A DNA stretch of 63,027 nt, the filler included, from Octopus bimaculoides (taxonomy: Eukaryota): assembly GCF_001194135.2 (NCBI RefSeq). It is 5 parts of 5 records of this genome, joined end to end, with 100 filler letters (N's around TTAATTAATTAA, not from the genome) between each part and the next. Parts side by side here need not be neighbours in the genome. Positions count along the whole stretch, not along the records: positions 44,560 to 56,449 come from NC_069004.1; positions 56,550 to 63,027 come from NC_068995.1; 3 more parts are not named here. One strand, written 5' to 3'. Made by a program: the position numbers and the translations under genes. Shown in pieces: positions 54,340 to 63,027 of the stretch. The first letter of the stretch is position 1. Every line of letters starts with the position of its first letter. Below the pieces are notes generated by a model. The model made no database searches, was not told the DNA's origin, and worked only from the letters and a program-made list of their open reading frames with translations.

Positions 54340-55150
54340 ATTGATACGACTCTTCCAATAGCGACGATATAAACCAGAGGTCTTCTCATTTGTAAGGTTA
54401 TTGCTTTCATTGAGTAGTTTCTGAATGTTATTTTGTTATAGTAGTGTAATTCGACTGTTTGCGTGTTGTTGCTTTTCATTGATCAATTCATTGTGTTTTT
54501 TCCTCTGTATTGGACTAATTCGTTTTTATATCCGGTCTCCGTAGATTTCCTTGTTACGATTATTAAATTCGTTCGCAACGGCATTTTCTTTCTTTTTTTT
54601 TTTTACTATTACTTTCGAGTTGTCGATTTTTATTAACGGATCCACACAATGTTTTGTTTCTGTTTGCATACTCGTTATTACTTCGTTATTATCTTGACTT
54701 CTGCATTAACTCTGTAGGACGATGCCATAATTGACATGAGGAAAGGTTCTGTGTGGTTTATGTGAACGAATGTTGTTGGTGAATGTAGCCATGCTTTATA
54801 TCCGATATATGTGAATTGTTGCTCATTTTCATTGGTTATTTTGTTGGTCACCATACTCCAAGAAAAATAATTCAATCTAAATTGTCATTCTATCGGCGTA
54901 CTCAATGTCGTAGCCCCAATCGCAACTCCACTAGACTTAAATCATCACATTTTTCCACCATTTATATTTCAGATCATTTGGAAAGAATATATTTATTCTT
55001 GTGTCTATATTGTGATCGAAGCTCATTTCACTTCTTGAGTAAGCATAGTTGTAGCATAATTAAGTTTCAATTTTTTGTGATGACAAGTAGTTAGATCCTG
55101 GATATATCTATCAGACGATAACATCGCCGCATTGCTTGAAACAAGCCAGA
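54340..55150 (-). mobile_element. Very decayed Penelope-like RT fragment
   Basis: SSGVAIGAT (GVAMGSP-like) and TETGYKNEL (SGYK..L-like) remnants. Confidence 0.35.
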
Positions 55151-55519
55151 AACCGTGTATATCGAAGATTTAAGCTAGGCCTTTACATGTGTTGAACACA
55201 TAGCCTACAAATATAGAAATAGGTTTGATATTCTACGAAGGCAATAATGAAGTAAAGCTACTTATGTGCGATAAAAGACAAAACATAGTTTTTTTTTAAA
55301 TAATCAGTTTTCAAAAGAATTTAGACAATTGATTTGTGTCTTGTCATCTGAAAATATACCACAAATTAAATTATATGAAGAAAAAAACGTATATGATTAA
55401 CGTAACATTCATATACATCGACATACACAAACATACACACACACATACACACACATATAGATGCCTATATATAATGATATTTCCATCAAGAGTGTATATA
55501 TAAACGCTTATATATACAA

Positions 55520-55521
55520 AC

Positions 55522-55578
<57 letters not shown>

Positions 55579-55619
55579 CATACATACATACATACATACA
55601 TACATACATACATACATAC

Positions 55620-55653
<34 letters not shown>

Positions 55654-55715
55654 GGATAGATAGATAGATAGATAGATATATAGATAGATAGATAGACAGA
55701 TAGATAGATAGGGAG
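55520..55715. repeat. (TAGA)n/(TACA)n tetranucleotide array
   Basis: Directly visible. Confidence 0.95.
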
Positions 55716-56392
55716 AGAGAGATATGCATGTATATATAAATGTATAGACGTGTATATGTATATATATTTTAGCACACATTTTCAAATTATATATATATGC
55801 ACTTACATAGATATATGTGAGTGTGTATATATGCGTGCAAGTGTATGTGTGTATCTGTGTCTGTATATAAATATATTCATATAGTTGCATGAACGTATCT
55901 GTGTAAAGGCACGCACATATAATAATCTATAAGAACACAAAACATGATAATACTGACATACAGTTTTACAGATATACACAAGAAGACCCATGCATACATA
56001 TACATAAACGCGTTTCTAATCAAACACACATACACCACGCAAGCACTCACATGCACACACATATATACACACACATACGCACATCTACGCATTGGTATAT
56101 AAATTATGAAAATAAGAGAAAAAAACTCTGCGAAGAAACAAAGCATTAAATTAATTTCACATTCGTTTAATTTTATTTTAACCTCAGGTTAAAAGTATTT
56201 TAAAATGTAAATTGTTGGAACGCTATTGTATAACTATATTTTGGGACATCAATTTTCGCATCACGTACGCTTGAGAATGAAAAAGAAGAAATTACTGTAC
56301 GTGAATACATACATAGATACATACATACATACATACATACACAGATTTATAGAAACATGAATATATATAAAGAAGTATATACACACATGCAT

Positions 56393-56449
<57 letters not shown>

Positions 56450-57507
56450 NNNNNNNNNNNNNNNNNNNNNNNNNNNNNNNNNNNNNNNNNNNNTTAATTA
56501 ATTAANNNNNNNNNNNNNNNNNNNNNNNNNNNNNNNNNNNNNNNNNNNNATATATATATATATATATATATATATAGATATATCCTGCATACATACATGT
56601 GTGCGTGTGTGTGTGTGTGTATGCGTTTGTATGTTTGAATAATCCAATTTACAACGGTGTTACAACGATTTCTGGTTGTTTAATGAATCCACTCCAACGT
56701 TTGTCTGTTTATTTGTTTATTCAGCTGTGAACCCGTCTCCAAACACCATTTGTGTCGTTGTTGTTGCATGCCGTAATTTATAGCATCGAACCAAGTGCGT
56801 TCTTTTTGTTTTTTTTATTTTAAATATTATCCTATCCTTGGATACTGATAGTCGTTGCTTGAACTGGGAACTGTGGTGACTAACATAAACGGCTCCCTAT
56901 CAATTGTCAGACAGAACATCATCAACTCAGAGACACCATTCGCGTGAAAAGACAATAGTTAAGTTAGTGTTAGCGAGCGCGATTTCATTTGACTGTACCC
57001 TTAGAAGACGCAAAAGCTGGCAGTTAGACTATTATGTGTTTATAACTGAAAATATCGATGTTTCTGCCGCTTAACGAGCCACAAACATAAACAAATGTTG
57101 CTAACTTCCAGCGGGGTTGAGCCAAAATAAATTGTCCCCGCTAAAACGTACACGCAGGTTCAAACGGTTAATGCATGAAACTTTAAAAAAAATTTTAAGT
57201 TATTATGTAACAAGGATAAAAAAACAAAGCAATAATAATTTTAGTCAATGACTCATAATTTGAATTGCATTTTGGCGAATAAGGGAGGTAACTCTAGACA
57301 TGTTTCGATCTTATTGTCATTATGGCTTCAATAACAAAAGAAATTATTTTTTACGGTTCTTTTTGTTCTGGGTTCAAATCTTGCTGCGGTCAACTTTGTC
57401 ATTTATCCTTAAGGTTTCGGCAAAATGAAATAGCAGTTACGAATTAATGTGGGTGTACCTTTACATCGTCCCTCGATCTACCAAAGTATGTTATGCTTGA
57501 GAAAGAA

Positions 57508-57551
<44 letters not shown>

Positions 57552-58773
57552 AGGATGATTAGAATTCTTTACAAACAACAACAGTAGGAACAAACCAGTA
57601 GACTTAGCCTTCATGGGATGGGTACTTGGGTTAATAACAGTCCGAATAATTTTGGTATTTAGTCTTCATTCAAACAAGGGAGATAATACAGATTTATTAA
57701 ACTGCCATGTGCGTTACGTAGGTAGAAATAATAAGAGAAAATATTTCCCCATATTAACATATAATTTCTAATTAACACAGGAATTATTATGCTAATTAAC
57801 GTCTTAATTAATGTGTTTATAGAGATGTAATGTTCTCTTTAAACTGCATTTGTGAGTGCTTATTGAACATGGGTGCATACCCGTGTGGTTAAGAAGTTCG
57901 CATCGTAATTACGAGGTTCAATGTTCAATCTCTTAGCGCAGTACCTTGGGCAAGTATCTTGTTGTTGGTGTTTGACGTCATGGGTCGCCGTTTGTTACTT
58001 GTAGACAGAATGCTTGTATATCTTTTAATACTATTGGCTCCGACTGAGGAAAAGCAAGTCAATTGTTCTCATTAGTTCTAGAAATCGTTACACACATGCG
58101 CACTCACTAACCGGATGACAACAAAAGTCATCTAACAACAACGGCAACAGGTCCAATAATAATTATTTTTCATTCGCTACAAGGACGAGAAGAGATACAG
58201 TAAAATGCAAACAACGTTAAACAAGGGATTTACGAAGACTTGTGGATTGGATAGACAAGCAATACAAAAACGAGTGGGATGTGGTGAAAGACCTTATATA
58301 ATAATGGGTTGGTATGTAATATACCATTAGGGTTTGAACTTTAGTGTCCTGTTTTATTTTAAGGATAATACATGTGGTATACACGCGCTCTTTCTTTCAA
58401 TGAAAGAATTTGCTTAAAGTGTCTTCCAGGGCTATCTGCAACTTTTCCTGAGAAGCAAAACACTAATGGTCTTGGCAGAGCAAAGGTAAGTTACCTTCTG
58501 CGTTTGTGGTGATAGACTGGTGCCTGTCTTGTGAACTCAGAGTTGCCAAGTTTTAGCTCTTTCAACATAATGTTCCATATCCAAGTTTTTCTTGTTCCAA
58601 ATAAACGTTTTGCTATTGACGCCATGTTTCCATTGAACAACGAACCGCGGCCATATTTACTGCATGTTTTGTTGTGATTGTTGTTGTTGTTGTTGCTGAT
58701 GATGATGATGTTGTCAATGACTGATATGGTATTTTCTTTTGGATTTTTTTTTTCATTTTTTAGTTTTTGTGCG

Positions 58774-58996
58774 TTACTCTTTTACTTGTTTCATTCATTT
58801 GACTGCGGCCATGCTGGAGCACCGCCTTTAGTCGAGCTAATCGACACCAGGACTTATTCTTTGGAAGCCTAGTACTTATTCTATCGGTCTCTTTTTGCCG
58901 AACCGCTAAGTTACGGGGACGTAAACACACCAGCATCGGTTGCCAAGCGATGGTGGTGGTGGTGGTGGGGGGCAAACACAGACACACAAACACACA

Positions 58997-59030
<34 letters not shown>

Positions 59031-59156
59031 CGACGGGCTTCTTTCAGTTTCCGTCTACCAAATCCACTCACACGGCTTTGGTCGGCCCGAGGCTATAGTA
59101 GAAGACACTTTCCCAAGGTGCCACGCAGTGGGACTGAACCCGGAACCATGTGGTTG
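58774..59156 (-). mobile_element. Composite CORE-like SINE copy, head cut by a gap
   Basis: Reverse complement is collinear with 27004-27428. Confidence 0.88.
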
Positions 59157-59762
59157 NNNNNNNNNNNNNNNNNNNNNNNNNNNNNNNNNNNNNNNNNNNN
59201 NNNNNNNNNNNNNNNNNNNNNNNNNNNNNNNNNNNNNNNNNNNNNNNNNNNNNNNNNNNNNNNNNNNNNNNNNNNNNNNNNNNNNNNNNNNNNNNNNNNN
59301 NNNNNNNNNNNNNNNNNNNNNNNNNNNNNNNNNNNNNNNNNNNNNNNNNNNNNNNNNNNNNNNNNNNNNNNNNNNNNNNNNNNNNNNNNNNNNNNNNNNN
59401 NNNNNNNNNNNNNNNNNNNNNNNNNNNNNNNNNNNNNNNNNNNNNNNNNNNNNNNNNNNNNNNNNNNNNNNNNNNNNNNNNNNNNNNNNNNNNNNNNNNN
59501 NNNNNNNNNNNNNNNNNNNNNNNNNNNNNNNNNNNNNNNNNNNNNNNNNNNNNNNNNNNNNNNNNNNNNNNNNNNNNNNNNNNNNNNNNNNNNNNNNNNN
59601 NNNNNNNNNNNNNNNNNNNNNNNNNNNNNNNNNNNNNNNNNNNNNNNNNNNNNNNNNNNNNNNNNNNNNNNNNNNNNNNNNNNNNNNNNNNNNNNNNNNN
59701 NNNNNNNNNNNNNNNNNNNNNNNNNNNNNNNNNNNNNNNNNNNNNNNGAGAATTCTCGGAGC

Positions 59763-59818
<56 letters not shown>

Positions 59819-61174
59819 TAACGATAATAATAATGATGATGATGATGATGATGACGACGACGACGACGACGATGATGATGATGATGATGACAATGATGAT
59901 AATTGCTGACATGAAAAGAAATAATCGAAGAAGAATGCATGTAGGGGTGTGTTTTTTGGATTGTTGCCAAATGTAAGTTAAACAAGAGAGCTTATCATGT
60001 TGCCTACATGGGAAGGGAGAGCTGATGTAATGATTACAAGGATAGTAGTGATGGTGAGGGGGGGGGCGGTGGTGGTAGTGATGGTCGGTGGTGACGGTAG
60101 TGTTGCTGGAGTTGGTGGTGATGGCGATAATGATGATGGTGGTTCGGAGGTTGTGGTAGCAGGGGAGCAGTAGCGGCGGCGTTGGTGGCGGCGTTTCCGG
60201 CGGCAGCGGCGGCGGCAGCGGCGGCGGCAGCGNNNNNNNNNNNNNNNNNNNNNNNNNNNNNNNNNNNNNNNNNNNNNNNNNNNNNNNNNNNNNNNNNNNN
60301 NNNNNNNNNNNNNNNNNNNNNNNNNNNNNNNNNNNNNNNNNNNNNNNNNNNNNNNNNNNNNNNNNNNNNNNNNNNNNNNNNNNNNNNNNNNNNNNNNNNN
60401 NNNNNNNNNNNNNNNNNNNNNNNNNNNNNNNNNNNNNNNNNNNNNNNNNNNNNNNNNNNNNNNNNNNNNNNNNNNNNNNNNNNNNNNNNNNNNNNNNNNN
60501 NNNNNNNNNNNNNNNNNNNNNNNNNNNNNNNNNNNNNNNNNNNNNNNNNNNNNNNNNNNNNNNNNNNNNNNNNNNNNNNNNNNNNNNNNNNNNNNNNNNN
60601 NNNNNNNNNNNNNNNNNNNNNNNNNNNNNNNNNNNNNNNNNNNNNNNNNNNNNNNNNNNNNNNNNNNNNNNNNNNNNNNNNNNNNNNNNNNNNNNNNNNN
60701 NNNNNNNNNNNNNNNNNNNNNNNNNNNNNNNNNNNNNNNNNNNNNNNNNNNNNNNNNNNNNNNNNNNNNNNNNNNNNNNNNNNNNNNNNNNNNNNNNNNN
60801 NNNNNNNNNNNNNNNNNNNNNNNNNNNNNNNNNNNNNNNNNNNNNNNNNNNNNNNNNNNNNNNNNNNNNNNNNNNNNNNNNNNNNNNNNNNNNNNNNNNN
60901 NNNNNNNNNNNNNNNNNNNNNNNNNNNNNNNNNNNNNNNNNNNNNNNNNNNNNNNNNNNNNNNNNNNNNNNNNNNNNNNNNNNNNNNNNNNNNNNNNNNN
61001 NNNNNNNNNNNNNNNNNNNNNNNNNNNNNNNNNNNNNNNNNNNNNNNNNNNNNNNNNNNNNNNNNNNNNNNNNNNNNNNNNNNNNNNNNNNNNNNNNNNN
61101 NNNNNNNNNNNNNNNNNNNNNNNNNNNNNNNNNNNNNNNNNNNNNNNNNNNNNNNNNNNNNNNNNNNNNNNNNN

Positions 61175-61478
61175 GGGCAAGTGTCTTCTACTATAGCCTC
61201 GGGCCGACCAAAGCCTTGTGAGTGGATTTGGTAGACGGAAACTGAAAGAAGCCCGTCGTATATATGTATATATATATATATGTATGTGTGCATTGCTTGA
61301 CAACCGATGCTGGTGTGTTTGTGTCCCCGTCACTTAGCGGTTCGGCAAAAGAAACCGATAGAATAAGTACTAGACTTACAAAGAATAAGTCGCGGGGTCG
61401 ATTTGCTCGACTAAAGGCGGTGCTCCAGCATGGCCGCAGTCAAATGACTGAAACAAGTAAAAGAGTAAAAAAAAAGAG
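61175..61478 (+). mobile_element. Composite CORE-like SINE copy, head in a gap
   Basis: Collinear from gggcaagtgtcttctactatagcc to the tail. Confidence 0.88.
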
Positions 61479-61906
61479 TATATATATACATATATAAAAC
61501 ACACACACACATCGAGAGAAAGTGGAGGGGGAGGATCAAAGCCAGTGTAAACGGAATGTTTAAATATCTTATTTCAGTTGCAAGTACGATCCCAGTGTAT
61601 CTGTATGTCGACGAGAAACACGTTGATGTGGGTTACAAGTTCACTTCTTTTTCTCCATTCTATTCACCGCAATCCATATCTTGACCTTGGAACAAAGGCA
61701 CCGGATTCTACCACCTGCTTCAAGGTCACTAGCTGGACAGCTTCCTTCCATATTAGCATTTACGAATGGTTTAGGCGAGTGACCCAGAGTTCCAGGATCG
61801 AGTCTTCTCTTGTGATTCTACTCAGTGATATAAGAGAAAAAAAACTAAGGGAGAAAGCGTTTTATAACTTAGAGGGTGCTTCTCTTTCGGATTTATGATT
61901 TACTGA

Positions 61907-61980
<74 letters not shown>

Positions 61981-63027
61981 CATTAGAAGTGAGCTTGAGT
62001 CTTGCTGGCTTGCTTGCAATGTTACCCAGTCAAACTGGCGCATATTGGGAAAATAATATGAATTAAGTTGCCCCTGACATGTGAATACGAACGGAATAAA
62101 ACAAGTTTCGCGTAAAAGGGACAACTGGTTATTGAGATATTAGGAGTTTTCGGGGGGTATAAATACCCAAAACAGTACATAATGGGTATGTATTATATAT
62201 ATATATATGATGAGTTTCCACTCGACCTCCGATATGGCTTTGTCACGGAAAGTTCAGCTGGACAGCAAGTGACCAAAATAAGTTTAAACCACTCCATTGT
62301 TCTAGCAAGAATAGGCCATTATAAATACGAATTCCGTAGGAGACACGGGCAGTCAGCACCGTGATTGAGATGGTGAGGACTGTGAGCGAAGCGACACGCA
62401 AGAGTTAGCAGTTGTAGACCACAGAACAGATGAGTTAGAGAAACAACACAACAGAGGCGAATGGCGAATGCACACATATACACAAAATATGTCTGTGGTA
62501 TCTCGTCCCATCAACATTCTCTTTCCTCCGTTTTTATTTCACCGACTCGAAGTAGTTGGCTACATTATGCAGAGGCATATTTGCTTCAAGTATCCAACAA
62601 AGTGAATGCAACTACATTCCTATTCTTTCTTTATTGTTTTCCATCGACACCGGTCCAACACGCCACGCATCATCTGCTACACCCGACATCTTACATTGAT
62701 CCTTCGACACCACATTCCGCTTTACACAATTTATACAAACCGTATGACAATGCCTTCTTTGCAATCATAAGAAAACACACACACACACAATAATAATTGA
62801 TGAAGGAAACGTAAGATAGATTTGGCACTAGTCTTTATTTAGTACGACGAGTGTTTCGACCCATCCTGCAACTATCCGTTACGGGTAGGTTTTCATACAT
62901 CTAATAGTGTTGCATCAATCTGTGCAGCTTGTGTCACCTCAGGTACATGCATAAAGAAGGGAGATGTCCCGCTAGATATACTGAGATGTCCTAGGCATGT
63001 TGATATATATATATATATATATATATA

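Noticed and set aside
60040-60232. GC-rich GGT/GGC triplet run as a poly-Ala/Gly coding exon
   Set aside because: Low complexity, cut by a gap, with no splice sites or domain evidence.
62210-62470. Possible solo LTR with a TATAAATA box
   Set aside because: No clear TG..CA ends, TSD, primer-binding site or second copy in the window.

Overview
Eukaryotic, AT-rich, microsatellite-dense scaffold with many N gaps. The SINE, LINE and microsatellite content points to a coleoid cephalopod, probably Octopus (inference). The only host gene I can support is five phase-consistent minus-strand exons (27712 down to 18111) encoding a NOL8-like (nucleolar protein 8) C-terminus; I did not find its 5' exons or terminal exon. 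Most of the rest is repeat: tRNA-derived SINEs (CORE-like composite, Nin/Deu-like, and a CAA-tailed family), RTE LINE fragments, R4/Dong-type restriction-endonuclease LINEs in (TAA)n arrays, Penelope-like elements (one with a decayed minimal hammerhead motif), CR1-like relics, mariner elements, MITEs and a Helitron remnant. No CRISPR, rRNA or true tRNA gene is supported, and most long ORFs in the supplied track are microsatellite or N-run artefacts. I found no clearly new biological system. The best leads are TAA arrays shared by SINEs and Dong, a Helitron-RTE chimera, an inverted RTE pair around a NOL8 exon, a CpG-depleted gene-body domain, and a possible mis-join at a linker-marked gap. Family names come from motifs recognised by eye; no database search was run.
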